A DNA stretch of 64,000 nucleotides, taken from the NCBI GenBank assembly GCA_965198005.1, contig CBDAOI010000001.1, positions 32,001 to 96,000 on the forward strand, in the 5' to 3' direction. The notes beneath the pieces are model-generated. The model did no database searches and was not told where the DNA came from. It was given only the letters and a program-made list of their open reading frames with translations. The first letter of the stretch is position 1, and each line of letters starts with the position of its first letter. The DNA is from Spirochaetia bacterium. GTDB lineage: Bacteria > Spirochaetota > Spirochaetia > SZUA-6 > Bin103. Shown piece after piece: positions 51,076 through 61,771 of the stretch. A program made the position numbers and the translations under genes.

Positions 51076-52884
51076 ATGATACGAAATTGTAGACTATGGG
51101 TTGCGGTACTGATCGGGTTGGTCCTGGCCGCGACCGCCGCCTGGGCGGCGCCGGCCGGCGAGGAACAGGCCGCGGCCTCGGACAAGCCGATGGTGACCGA
51201 CCCGACGACCGGGATGCAGGTCACCGCGCCAGAGTATGGCGGGACACTGACCTACCCGTACAAGCTGTTCGGGGAGACCACCGACCCGCATATCACAGGA
51301 CACTACGCCGGCTATCAGATCTACGCGGTCAACGAGAAGCTTGCGAAGGGAGACTGGGGTGCTCCCCGGGACGAGGTGAGCTTTACCGGTTGGTATGTGC
51401 CGTTCTCGCGCTTCAAGGGCCACCTGGCCGAGAGCTGGGAGCAGCCGGACGACCGAACGCTGATCGTCGAGATCAAACCGGACATCCGCTGGCACGACAA
51501 GCCGCCGGTCAACGGGCGCGAGCTCACCGCCGAAGACGTCGCCTTTACCTACCGCCGCATTGCCGGCCTGCTCGACTTCGAGCCCAGAGTCGCCGGCGAG
51601 GTTGAGGGTTATCCGTGGGAATCCATCGAAGCCCTTGACCGATACACGGTCGAGTTCAAGCTGACCGAGCCGCGCGCCGGCCTGGCCCGGGCGATCCTCG
51701 GCCAGCACAACTCATGGATTCTGCCACCCGAGGTCATCGAGCAGCACGGTGACTACAGCGACTGGCGAAACGTGGTCGGCACCGGGCCGTTCATGCTCAC
51801 TGACTACGTCGAGGGCGTCTCGATGACCAGGACGCGCAATCCCAACTACCACGACTTCGACGAGAAGTATCCGGAGAACCGGCTGCCCTACGTCGACGAG
51901 CTGAAGGGTCTGTTCATGGCGGAGGAGGCGACCCGCCTCGCCGCGTTTCGCACCGGCCAGGTCGACATGATCCACGTTGCCGGCGGCGGCGTCGACATCA
52001 AGACCTTCGAGGTGATAGAGTCGGTGTTGCGCACCAACCCCGACATCCAGGTGGGCCCCTACTTCCTCCGGGCGCTCGGGCAAATCGGCCTGAACACCCG
52101 TAGGCCGCCTTTCGACGACATCCGCGTCCGCCAGGCAATGCAGATGGCGATCGACCGCGAGGCGGTTAACGAGAGCTACTATGGCGGGTACGCGCTGTGG
52201 AAGCCCCAGGGCATGTTCGGCAACGCGACCGGCCCCTATTTCCTTCCATTCGACGAGTGGCCAAAGGAGCTCCAGGACCAATACCGCTACGACCCGGAGA
52301 AGGCGGAGCAATTGTTCGACGAGGCCGGCTACCCACGCGGCGCGGACGGCGTGCGCTTCAGGGCCACCTACGACCACCGCGACGTCATCGACCTGGGCCT
52401 CGCCGAGATCGCGGCCGGCTACTTCAAAGAGATCGGCGTGGAGGTGGAGATCAACGTCTACGACAGCAGCACCTGGTGGAGTCGTAAAGGGGACGGACTC
52501 TACGAGATGACCACCGGCGATTTGGGCTTCGATGCAGCCCCTGAACACATCATAGGCTTCGCCCGTTCTCTTGGGCCGGACACCGAGCCGCACGGTTGGA
52601 ACGAGTGGTTCGGTGGGATTCCCAGCGCCACGCTGATTCGACTCTATAACGAGTTCCAAACAGCGACCAGCGAGGCGGAGCTGATACGAATCGCCAAGGA
52701 GTTCGACCAGTACCTCGTTTCGCAGCATTTTCAGGTATGGACCGGCAAGTCGCCCGGATTCCAGGTGGCGCATCCGTGGGTCAAGGGCTGGAACGGCGAG
52801 ACGTTCGTGCACCCAGAAAACTATCACGAGGTTCTTGCCCGGCTCTGGCTCGACCGGGACCTGAAGGCAGAAATGGGGTTTTGA
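51076..52884 (+). CDS. ABC substrate-binding protein, family 5
   Basis: GGAGG RBS, signal peptide, APEYGG, VGTGPF, NRLPYVD, DEAGYPRG. Confidence 0.93.
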   Translation: MIRNCRLWVAVLIGLVLAATAAWAAPAGEEQAAASDKPMVTDPTTGMQVTAPEYGGTLTYPYKLFGETTDPHITGHYAGYQIYAVNEKLAKGDWGAPRDEVSFTGWYVPFSRFKGHLAESWEQPDDRTLIVEIKPDIRWHDKPPVNGRELTAEDVAFTYRRIAGLLDFEPRVAGEVEGYPWESIEALDRYTVEFKLTEPRAGLARAILGQHNSWILPPEVIEQHGDYSDWRNVVGTGPFMLTDYVEGVSMTRTRNPNYHDFDEKYPENRLPYVDELKGLFMAEEATRLAAFRTGQVDMIHVAGGGVDIKTFEVIESVLRTNPDIQVGPYFLRALGQIGLNTRRPPFDDIRVRQAMQMAIDREAVNESYYGGYALWKPQGMFGNATGPYFLPFDEWPKELQDQYRYDPEKAEQLFDEAGYPRGADGVRFRATYDHRDVIDLGLAEIAAGYFKEIGVEVEINVYDSSTWWSRKGDGLYEMTTGDLGFDAAPEHIIGFARSLGPDTEPHGWNEWFGGIPSATLIRLYNEFQTATSEAELIRIAKEFDQYLVSQHFQVWTGKSPGFQVAHPWVKGWNGETFVHPENYHEVLARLWLDRDLKAEMGF

Positions 52885-52956
52885 CGCGAGCGCCGCTCGC
52901 TTAGTTACACCATCAACGCGCGATTGGCTGCGGCCGACCGCGTTTTACTTCGAACG

Positions 52957-52990
52957 CGGGGTGGCGGGAACAGCCTGCCACCCCTTCTTA
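52957..52990 (+). terminator. Intercistronic hairpin (copy at 59092-59124)
   Basis: ggggtggcggg-aacag-cctgccacccc-ttctt. Confidence 0.65.
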
Positions 52991-53023
52991 TGGTGCCGTG
53001 ATGATGAGAGGAAGTGAGCTGAG

Positions 53024-53995
53024 ATGCGGGCGTATGTGATCAGGCGGATACTGCTGGTGATCCCGACCCTGTTCATCGTCACCGTCCTGGTGTTTCTCTC
53101 GGTTCGCTTCATTCCCGGCGACATCATCGATGTGATGACAGCCCGGATGACCGCAACCCAGAGCGGCACGATCGATGAGGAGGCTCTGAAGAGACGACTC
53201 GGACTCGATAAACCCGTCTACGCGCAATACGCGAAGTGGATCGGTGACATCGTCCTGCGTGGCACCCTCGGCCGCTCGCTGTACAGCGGCTCGTTGGGCA
53301 GCGCCACGGTGGAACAGAAACTCGCCGGCAGGGTCGGGGTAACGGTCGAGCTGGGGCTGCTGGCGATCCTCACTGGGGTCATCATCGCCGTGCCGATCGG
53401 GATCTACTCGGCGATTCGCCAATACACGCTGGCCGACTACGCCGGCCGGGCGGTCGCCATCTTCGGCCTGGCGACACCCAACTTCTGGCTGGGACTGATG
53501 GTGATGATCTACCCCGCAATCTGGTGGGGCTGGACGCCGCCGCTGACGCACGTCCGCTTCACCGAAGACCCATGGGCCAATCTCGGCATGTTGATCATTC
53601 CCGCCGTGATTCTGGGGACCTACCTGGCAGCGAGCACCATGCGCATGACGCGCACGATGATGCTGGAGGTGCTGCGCCAGGACTACGTGAGGACCGCCTG
53701 GGCCAAGGGCCTGGCGGAGAGGACAGTGGTGCTGCGCCACGCGGTCAAGAACGCCCTCATCCCGGTGGTGACCCTGGTGGCGCTGCAGTTGCCCATCATC
53801 GCCGGCGGCTCGGTCATCATCGAGAACATCTTCAATCTCCCGGGGCTCGGCAGTCTGATGCTGTCTGCCCTCAACACGCGCGACTACCCGGTGGTCTCCG
53901 GCGTGAACCTGTTATTTGCCTCGGTGGTGGTGGTGATCAACCTCGGCACCGACCTGACCTACGCGCTGCTGGATCCGCGGGTGCGCTATGAGTGA
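53024..53995 (+). CDS. ABC permease, DppB-like
   Basis: Standard motifs. Confidence 0.93.
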   Translation: MRAYVIRRILLVIPTLFIVTVLVFLSVRFIPGDIIDVMTARMTATQSGTIDEEALKRRLGLDKPVYAQYAKWIGDIVLRGTLGRSLYSGSLGSATVEQKLAGRVGVTVELGLLAILTGVIIAVPIGIYSAIRQYTLADYAGRAVAIFGLATPNFWLGLMVMIYPAIWWGWTPPLTHVRFTEDPWANLGMLIIPAVILGTYLAASTMRMTRTMMLEVLRQDYVRTAWAKGLAERTVVLRHAVKNALIPVVTLVALQLPIIAGGSVIIENIFNLPGLGSLMLSALNTRDYPVVSGVNLLFASVVVVINLGTDLTYALLDPRVRYE

Positions 53996-55118
53996 GCCGG
54001 TGCCGGTCGATGCGGCCGGGGCCGGCCGCGCAGGCCGAGGCGCAGGAGGCGCAGGCGCAGGCGCAGGCGCAGGCGGAGGCGCAGGCGCAGGCGGAGGCGG
54101 AGACGCAGGCCGTGGCGCAGGCGCCCGCGGTGGTGGCGGCCCAAGCGGAGGCACCCGTGGCGGACCCTCCGCGGCGGGCGCTCCTGCAGCGGCGCGCCGG
54201 CGACCGGTGGCCAGCTTCCTGTTGCGGTTGCTGAAGGAGCAGCCGCTGGGAGCTGTTGGCGCCCTCATCGTGCTGGCGTTGGTGTTCATCACCATCTTCG
54301 CCGCGCAGCTCGCGCCCTACGAATTCGACCGCGGCCGGGTGCAGGACCGGATGCAGGGTCCGTCGGCCGCGCACCTGCTGGGCACCGACCACGTCGGCCG
54401 CGACTTCCTGAGCCGCCTCATCATCGGCGCGCGCCTGTCGATCACGGTCGGGCTGGCGGCGACGTCGCTGAACGTGATCGTCGCGCTGCTGATCGGCGGC
54501 ACCACCGGCTTCGTCGGCGGCCGGCTAGACATCTACGCACAGCGGTTCGTGGACGCGTGGATGTCGTTTCCGGGGCTGCTGTTGCTGCTCACCATCATGT
54601 CGATCGCCGGCCGCGGCGTGGTGCAGATCATCGTCGTGCTCGGGGTGGCCGGCGGCATTCCCGCGTCACGGGTGGTGCGCGGCGCCGTGATCGGGGTCAA
54701 GGAGAACGCCTACTTCCAGGCCGCGAAGGCGACCGGCGCCCGCACGCTGCGCACGCTGGTCCGTCACGTGCTGCCCAACATCGCGGCGCCGCTGATCGTC
54801 GTGTTCAGCATCAACGTCGGCGGCGTGATCATCGCCGAGGCCTCGCTGAGCTTCCTCGGGTTCGGCCTGCCGGCGACCGTTCCGAGCTGGGGCGGCATGC
54901 TGAGCCGCGAGGGCCGCCAGTACATGGAGATTGCCCCGCGCCTGGCGCTGTGGCCGGGCCTGTGCCTGACGGTGACGGTCTACGCCCTCAACCTGTTCGG
55001 CGACGCGCTGCGCGACCTGCTCGACCCGCGCCTGCGCGGCGCCGCCGGCCGCTACGGAGGCGGGCGCCGCCCACGCCGCGCGCCGCCGCGGTATCGGGCA
55101 CCCCGGCCTATTGGATGA
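53988..55118 (+). CDS. ABC permease, DppC-like, with Gly/Ala repeat N-terminus
   Basis: GGCGCA/GGCGGA hexamer array, then LGTDHVGRD…DLLDPRL. Confidence 0.9.
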   Translation: MSEPVPVDAAGAGRAGRGAGGAGAGAGAGGGAGAGGGGDAGRGAGARGGGGPSGGTRGGPSAAGAPAAARRRPVASFLLRLLKEQPLGAVGALIVLALVFITIFAAQLAPYEFDRGRVQDRMQGPSAAHLLGTDHVGRDFLSRLIIGARLSITVGLAATSLNVIVALLIGGTTGFVGGRLDIYAQRFVDAWMSFPGLLLLLTIMSIAGRGVVQIIVVLGVAGGIPASRVVRGAVIGVKENAYFQAAKATGARTLRTLVRHVLPNIAAPLIVVFSINVGGVIIAEASLSFLGFGLPATVPSWGGMLSREGRQYMEIAPRLALWPGLCLTVTVYALNLFGDALRDLLDPRLRGAAGRYGGGRRPRRAPPRYRAPRPIG

Positions 55119-55130
55119 CGACGGTGTGAT

Positions 55131-55391
55131 TCAGCCGGCCCTGTGCTTTGCCAGACGATGTTGATCCAGTGCCTGGCGCAGAAAGGACTTGATCACGGCC
55201 TGGCGACTGACATTCAGCTCGGCAGCGAGCTGATCTAGTTCCTGCAGCATCCCAGCCGTAAAGTCGACGTTCACGCCTCTCACCGGCTGCTTCATCGTCC
55301 CTCGGTTGGTGAAGTACGGTGAAATGTCGTTTCCGCCATCCGCCAGGTCGGCGATCTCGTCAGCAGTCGGTCGGCTGGCTGTTCTCTTCAT
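55131..55391 (-). CDS. CopG/BrnA-like antitoxin
   Basis: VNVDFTAGMLQELDQLAAELNVSRQAVIK. Confidence 0.82.
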   Translation of the reverse strand: MKRTASRPTADEIADLADGGNDISPYFTNRGTMKQPVRGVNVDFTAGMLQELDQLAAELNVSRQAVIKSFLRQALDQHRLAKHRAG

Positions 55392-55653
55392 ATAGTCTCT
55401 CTTCCTCTCTCGTCGATCGCCACAGCGTCACCAAATGATAGTACTCGCCGTCTCCATCTTCCCGGACTTCGAATACCAGCGAATACAACCGTTCCCGCAC
55501 CCAGCCAACAGCGCGGAACTGCTCCGGATCGTCAGACCTGCAGTCCTCGTAGTACGGATGCGCGAAGATTCCCTGCGCTTCCTCAAAACCGATACCTCGC
55601 TTCGGATTGTTGCGAAGCATTCGACTCTTGTTCTGGTCAAACTTGAAACGCAT
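55360..55653 (-). CDS. BrnT family toxin
   Basis: F.FDQNKS…KRGIGFEEA…QFRAVGW…VTLWRSTREE..LYE. Confidence 0.85.
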   Translation of the reverse strand: MRFKFDQNKSRMLRNNPKRGIGFEEAQGIFAHPYYEDCRSDDPEQFRAVGWVRERLYSLVFEVREDGDGEYYHLVTLWRSTREEERLYEENSQPTDC

Positions 55654-56049
55654 CCTGGAGCATAACGGTGTACTTGGTTGGCTGTCAACCCAACCGACTC
55701 GGGCATGCGATCAGGACCGTGACCGAAGACGCGACGACATTTCGTAGACGGGGCATACGGTTCAGAGAGATCCGTCGAGCCCGACGGATTGCAGCGTCTC
55801 GACAACCTCCACGCGGTCACCGTCGGCGACGGACAACTGGTAACGCTCCATGGCTTCCTTTGCCGCAGCCTCGACATCACCTGCCACTTGCCACGCGTCG
55901 ACATGCAACCGAAGCACGACTCTCTCGTCGCCGGATGCCTGGATCGCCAGCCTGTCGCCCATAATCGGGCGCCAGCGCCAGCATGCCGATTCGAGCGGCT
56001 CGCCGGCCCCGCACGTGATCTGCATAGTCACGATCCACTGCTTCGGCCG

Positions 56050-56582
56050 CCGGAAGCCGCAGCCCGCGACCGGGAAGCGGCCGCCCGCGAGCGGGAGGTG
56101 GCAGCCCGCCAGGGGCGTGCCATGAACAAGCGCTGGGGCGAGTTGGCCAACAAAATGGGTACCGTCGTCGAGGACATCGTGGCACCCAGTGTCCGCCGCC
56201 TGGCCGGTGAGGTGTTCGACTGTGGCGACATGCGGTACTTCGGCACCCGCGTATCCGTCAAGCGCAGCGATGATCCCTCCCGCGAGCGCGAGTTCGACGC
56301 GCTCTACGTGGGCACTCGGGGGGTGCTGCTCAACGAGACCAAGTCCTCGGCGCGCATCGAAGATGCGCGCGCGTTCGATGAGTTTCTGCGCGGCAACCAG
56401 TTTGGGCTCTACTTTCCGCAGTACGCGGAGCTGCCGATCGTGCCGGCGTTCTCGTCGCTGAGATTGCGGACAGTATCGTGACGTATCTGAGCCGGCGCGG
56501 GATCTACGCCCTGACGATGGGAGACGAGGCGATGCAGGTGCTCAACCTGAACGCGGTGCGCAGCCGGCGTACCGCTCCGTGA
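56050..56582 (+). pseudogene. Coiled-coil + PD-(D/E)XK-like protein, 5'-truncated and frameshifted near 56460
   Basis: MNKRWGELANKMGTVVEDIVAP…EFDA…NETKS…; YLSRRGIYALTMG in the next frame. Confidence 0.6.
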
Positions 56583-56860
56583 GCGGGATTCTGACTTCCG
56601 CCGCCGTAGCCTGTGATAGCCTGCCTGCCTGTTGACAGGTGGTCGCGGCGTGAGTTACGGTGGCTGGGAGTGGGGACTCCGACCGATGGGGATGGTGCCT
56701 GGTGCGCAAGAGTGTGCCTGACGTGCCTGACGACACGTGCTTGACGGCTGTTGCAGCGGCGGCTATGGTGACTGCCTTGGGAGCGCGACCGATGCGCATG
56801 ATGCATGACGACACCTACCCGCGCAGCCACTGGTCAGCCTTGAAGCGGCCGGTGAAACGT

Positions 56861-56910
56861 CTGTCTACGCTCCTGTCTACGCTCCTGTCTACGCTCCCCC
56901 CCCCCCCCCC
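56861..56910. repeat. CTGTCTACGCTC x3 followed by a poly-C tract
   Basis: Read directly from the sequence. Confidence 0.85.
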
Positions 56911-57237
56911 GGGCCGGGGGCCATTTCCATACAACCTCAGAAACACTAACGAGTTAGCCGGGCGCGACCGCTACCTTCTGCGGAGCCTGCGTGGTCCGCT
57001 GACCGCGGCGCTGCCTCGCGGCCGATTCGTCGTCGGCCGGTCACCTCACCAGGCGGGAACTCCCGGCAACGGGCCGCTCGCCCGCGGTCCACCCGCCGGC
57101 GCCCCAGGCACTGCTCGTGACCGAGGGTGCCGCCCTCGCTGTTCGGTCCCTGCGAATCGCAGGCATACCGCGAGAGTCGGCGCGGGCCGGCACTGAATTC
57201 AGCACTCTCGAAGAAACGAAGGTTTGGAGGAAACCTC

Positions 57238-59046
57238 ATGATACGAAATTGTAGACTATGGGTTGCGGTACTGATCGGGTTCGTCCTGGCCGCGACCGAC
57301 GCGTCGGCGGCGCCCGCCGGCGAGGAAGCGGCCGCGGCTGCGGACAAGCCGATGGTGACCGACCCGACCACCGGCAAGGTGGTAACCGCGCCAGAGTACG
57401 GCGGCACGCTGACCTACCCGTACAAGCTGTTCGGGGAGACCACCGACCCGTCGATCACAGGACACTACGCCGGCTGGCAGATCACCGCGGTCAACGAGAA
57501 GCTTTCGAAGGGAGACTGGGGTGCTCCCCGAGACGAGTTCAGCTTTACCGGGTGGTATGTGCCGATCTCGGGCTTCAAGGGCCACCTGGCCGAGAGCTGG
57601 GAGCAGCCGGACGACCGCACGCTGATCGTCAAAATCAAACCGGGGGTCCACTGGCACGACAAGCCGCCGGTCAACGGGCGCGAGCTCACCGCCGAAGACG
57701 TCGCCTTTACCTACCGCCGCCATGCCGGCCTGCTCGACTTCGAGCCCGTATTCGTCGCCGAGGTTGAGAGCTATCCGTGGGAATCCATCGAAGCCCTTGA
57801 CCGATACACGGTCGAGTTCAAGCTGAGCGAGCCGCGCGCCGGCCTGGCCCGGGCGATCCTCGGCCAGGCCAACATATGGGTGCTACCTCGCGAGGTCATC
57901 GAGCAGCACGGTGATTACGCCGACTGGCGAAACGTGGTCGGCACCGGGCCGTTCATGCTCACTGACTACGTCGAGGGCGTCTCGATGACCAGGACGCGCA
58001 ATCCCAACTACCACGACTTCGACGAGAAGTATCCGGAGAACCGGCTGCCCTACGTCGACGAGCTGAAGGGTCTGTTCATGGCGGAGGAGGCGACCCGCCT
58101 CGCCGCGTTTCGCACCGGCCAGGTCGACATGATCCACGTTGCCGGCGGCGCCACCGAGATCAAGACCTTCGAGGTGATAGAGTCGGTGCTGCGCACCAAC
58201 CCCGACACCCAGGTGGGTCCCTACTTCCTGCGCGCGCTCGGGCAGATCGGCCTGAACATCCGTAGGCCGCCGTTCGACGACATCCGCGTCCGCCAGGCAA
58301 TGCAGATGGCGATCGACCGCGAGGCGGTTAACGAGAGCTACTATGGCGGGTACGCGCTGTGGAAGCCCCAGGGCATGTTCGGCAACGCGACCGGACCCTA
58401 TTTCCTTCCATTCGACGAGTGGCCAAAGGAGCTCCAGGACCAATACCGCTACGACCCGGAGAAGGCGGAGCAATTGCTCGACGAGGCCGGCTACCCACGC
58501 GGCGCGGATGGGGTGCGGTTCAAGGTCACCCACGAACACCGCGACGTCATCGACCTGGGCCTCGCCGAGATCGCGGCCGGCTACTTCAAAGAGATCGGCG
58601 TGGAGGTGGAGATCGACATCTACGACACCACCACTTGGGTCAATCGCCGCGTCGACGGGGTTCACGAGATGACCACCGGCGATTTGGGCTTCGATTCACC
58701 CCCCGAACTCATCATAGGCTTCGCCCGTTTTCTTGCAACGACTCAGGAGCCGCACAATTGGAACGAGTGGCTGGGTGGGATTCCCAACGCCACGCTGACT
58801 CGGCTGTATAACGAGTTCCAAACAGCGACCAGCGAGGCGGAGCTGATTCGAATCGCCAAGGAGTACGACCAGTACGTCATTTCGCAGCATTTTCAGGTAT
58901 GGACCGGCAAGTCGCCAGGATTCCAGGTGGCGCATCCGTGGGTCAAGGGCTGGAACGGCGAGACGTTCGTGCAGCAAGACGCCTATCACCAGGTTCTCGC
59001 CCGGCTCTGGCTCGACCGGGACCTGAAGGCAGAAATGGGGTTTTGA
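57238..59046 (+). CDS. ABC substrate-binding protein, family 5 (recent paralog of 51076-52884)
   Basis: Colinear, same length, offset 6162. Confidence 0.93.
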   Translation: MIRNCRLWVAVLIGFVLAATDASAAPAGEEAAAAADKPMVTDPTTGKVVTAPEYGGTLTYPYKLFGETTDPSITGHYAGWQITAVNEKLSKGDWGAPRDEFSFTGWYVPISGFKGHLAESWEQPDDRTLIVKIKPGVHWHDKPPVNGRELTAEDVAFTYRRHAGLLDFEPVFVAEVESYPWESIEALDRYTVEFKLSEPRAGLARAILGQANIWVLPREVIEQHGDYADWRNVVGTGPFMLTDYVEGVSMTRTRNPNYHDFDEKYPENRLPYVDELKGLFMAEEATRLAAFRTGQVDMIHVAGGATEIKTFEVIESVLRTNPDTQVGPYFLRALGQIGLNIRRPPFDDIRVRQAMQMAIDREAVNESYYGGYALWKPQGMFGNATGPYFLPFDEWPKELQDQYRYDPEKAEQLLDEAGYPRGADGVRFKVTHEHRDVIDLGLAEIAAGYFKEIGVEVEIDIYDTTTWVNRRVDGVHEMTTGDLGFDSPPELIIGFARFLATTQEPHNWNEWLGGIPNATLTRLYNEFQTATSEAELIRIAKEYDQYVISQHFQVWTGKSPGFQVAHPWVKGWNGETFVQQDAYHQVLARLWLDRDLKAEMGF

Positions 59047-59157
59047 CGCGAGCGGAGCTCGCGTTTAGCGTCAGCGTTTGACTACGAACACGGGGTGGCG
59101 GGAACAGCCTGCCACCCCTTCTTATGGTGCCGTGATGATGAGAGGAGGTGAGCTGAG

Positions 59158-60145
59158 ATGCGGGCGTATGTGATCAGGCGGGTACTGCTGGTGATCCCGA
59201 CCCTGTTCATCGTAACCGTCCTGGTGTTTCTCTCGGTTCGCTTCATTCCCGGCGACATCATCGACGTGATGATCGGCCGGATGAGCTTCGGAGCAGCAGG
59301 AAGCCTAGCTAGGCGTCACGATCGATGAGGAGGCTCTGAAGAGACGGCTCGGGCTCGATAAACCCGTCCACGTGCAGTACGCGAAGTGGATCGGTGACAT
59401 CGTCCTGCGCGGCACCCTCGGCCACTCGCTGTACAGCGGCTCGTCGGCCGGCACCACGGTGGAGGAGAAGCTCGCCGGCAGGGCCGGGGTCACGGTGGAG
59501 CTGGGGCTGCTGGCGATCCTCACCGGGCTCATCATCGCCGCGCCGATCGGCATCTACTCGGCGATTCGCCAGTACACGGTGGCCGACTACGCCGGCCGGG
59601 CGGTCGCCATCTTCGGCCTGGCGACCCCCAACTTCTGGCTGGGACTGATGGTGATGATCTACCCCGCCATCTGGTGGGGCTGGACGCCGCCGCTGACCCA
59701 CGTCGGCTTCTCCGAGGACCCCTGGGCCAATCTCGGCATTCTGATCGTTCCCGCCCTGATTCTGGGCACCTACCTGGCGGCGAGCACGATGCGCATGACG
59801 CGCACGATGATGCTGGAGGTGCTGCGCCAGGACTACGTGCGGACCGCCTGGGCCAAGGGCGTGGGGGAGCGGAGGGTGGTGCTGAGCCACGCGGTGAAGA
59901 ACGCGCTCATCCCGGTGGTGACCCTGGTGGCGCTGCAACTCCCCATCATCGCCGGCGGCTCGGTGATCATCGAGAACATCTTCAATCTGCCGGGGCTCGG
60001 GCGCCTGATGCTGACCGCCCTCAACGAGCGCGACTACCCGGTGGTTTCCGGCATCAACCTGCTGTTCGCCTCGGTGGTGGTGGTGATCAACCTCGGCACC
60101 GACCTGACCTACGCGCTGCTGGACCCGCGGGTGCGCTATGAGTGA
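59158..60145 (+). pseudogene. DppB-like permease frameshifted by a CTAG duplication
   Basis: CTAGCTAG at 59305-59312; removing 4 nt restores …GSLGVTIDEEALKRRLG. Confidence 0.88.
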
Positions 60146-61262
60146 GCCGGTGCCGGGCGATGCGGCCGGGGCCGGCCGCGCAGGCCGAGGCGCAGGCGGA
60201 GGCGCAGGCGCAGGCGGAGGCGCAGGCGCAGGCGGAGGCGGAGACGCAGGCCGTGGCGCAGGCGCCCGCGGTGGTGGCGGACCAAGCGGAGGCACCCGTG
60301 GCGGCCCAAGCGGAGGCACCCGTGGCGGACCCTCCGCGGCGGGCGCTCCTGCACCGGCGCGCCGGCGACCGGTGGCCAGCTTCCTCTCGCGGTTGCTGAA
60401 GGAGCAGCCGCTGGGAGCCGTTGGCGCCCTCATCGTGCTGGCGTTGGTGTTCATCACCATCTTCGCCGCGCAGCTCGCGCCCTACGAATTCGACCGCGGC
60501 CGGGTGCAGGACCGGATGCAGGGTCCGTCGGCCGCGCACCTGCTGGGCACCGACCACGTTGGCCGCGACTTCCTGAGCCGCCTCATCATCGGCGCGCGCC
60601 TGTCGATCACGGTCGGGTTGGCGGCGACGTCGCTGAACGTGATCGTCGCGCTGCTGATCGGCGGCACCACCGGCTTCGTCGGCGGCCGGCTCGACATCTA
60701 CGCGCAGCGGTTCGTGGATGCGTGGATGTCGTTTCCGGGGCTGCTGTTGCTGCTCACCATCATGTCGATCGCCGGCCGCGGCGTGGTGCAGATCATCGTC
60801 GTGCTCGGGGTGGCCGGCGGCATTCCCGCGTCGCGGGTGGTGCGCGGCGCGGTGATCGGGGTCAAGGAGAACGCCTACTTCCAGGCCGCGCAGGCGACCG
60901 GCGCCCGCACGCTGCGCACGCTCGTCCGTCACGTGCTGCCCAACATCGCGGCGCCGCTGATCGTCGTGTTCAGCATCAACGTCGGCGGCGTGATCATCGC
61001 CGAGGCGTCGCTGAGCTTCCTCGGCTTCGGCCTGCCGGCGACCGTTCCGAGCTGGGGCGGCATGCTGAGCCGCGAGGGCCGCCAGTACATGGAGATTGCA
61101 CCGCGGCTGGCGCTGTGGCCGGGCCTGTGCCTGACGGTGACCGTCTACGCCCTCAACCTGTTCGGCGACGCGGTGCGCGACCTGCTGGACCCGCGGCTAC
61201 GCGGCGCCGCCGGCCGCTACGGGGGCGGGCGCCGCCCACGCCGCACGCCGCGCCGCGGCTGA
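60138..61262 (+). CDS. ABC permease, DppC-like, with Gly/Ala repeat N-terminus
   Basis: Paralog of 53988-55118. Confidence 0.9.
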   Translation: MSEPVPGDAAGAGRAGRGAGGGAGAGGGAGAGGGGDAGRGAGARGGGGPSGGTRGGPSGGTRGGPSAAGAPAPARRRPVASFLSRLLKEQPLGAVGALIVLALVFITIFAAQLAPYEFDRGRVQDRMQGPSAAHLLGTDHVGRDFLSRLIIGARLSITVGLAATSLNVIVALLIGGTTGFVGGRLDIYAQRFVDAWMSFPGLLLLLTIMSIAGRGVVQIIVVLGVAGGIPASRVVRGAVIGVKENAYFQAAQATGARTLRTLVRHVLPNIAAPLIVVFSINVGGVIIAEASLSFLGFGLPATVPSWGGMLSREGRQYMEIAPRLALWPGLCLTVTVYALNLFGDAVRDLLDPRLRGAAGRYGGGRRPRRTPRRG

Positions 61263-61278
61263 GCAGTCGCCCGGCCTG

Positions 61279-61330
61279 CTGGCGCTGGCGGAGGCGGTGT
61301 TCCACTTCGAGCGTTTCATGGCGGCGACCG
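61279..61330 (+). pseudogene. RES toxin micro-fragment
   Basis: Matches 43103-43153 (ALAEAV.HFERFMAAT). Confidence 0.65.
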
Positions 61331-61436
61331 GGACGGCCGTCGGGTGGCTCCGCTCCTCGTCCGGAAGCTGCTCAGGCGTATCGATCATCCGGAGTTGCCG
61401 TTGTACCTGTCTGGCGGTCATGGCGACCGTCCAGCT

Positions 61437-61574
61437 CTACCAGAGGATCGACACCGGATAGCCCTTGACGAGCGGGTCCGGCGTAACCAGAGAGCAACCC
61501 ATAATCGCCTGGGCAACCAGGATGCGGTCATCGACCAACCAAAGGAACGTGCAGGTATCCAGCAGCAGGCGCAC
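61437..61574 (-). pseudogene. VapC PIN toxin reduced to its N- and C-termini
   Basis: VRLLLDTCTFLWLVD//DRILVAQA…LVTPD…YPVSILW. Confidence 0.7.
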
Positions 61575-61627
61575 GCCCACCGTACGGTTAGGCGCGCACC
61601 AGGGCGGTTGATCGATACCGCGTCGTG

Positions 61628-61760
61628 CGCCAGTACATGGAGTGGCGCCGCGCTTGGCGATCTGGCCGGGCCTGTGCCTGACGATCGTGGTCTACAGCAT
61701 CAACATGTTCGGCGACGCGCTACGCGACCTGCTCGACCCCCGGCTGCGCGGCAGCGTCTG
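61628..61760 (+). pseudogene. dppC 3' fragment
   Basis: LAIWPGLCLTIVVYSINMFGDALRDLLDPRLRG. Confidence 0.85.
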
Positions 61761-61771
61761 ACCGCGACTCC

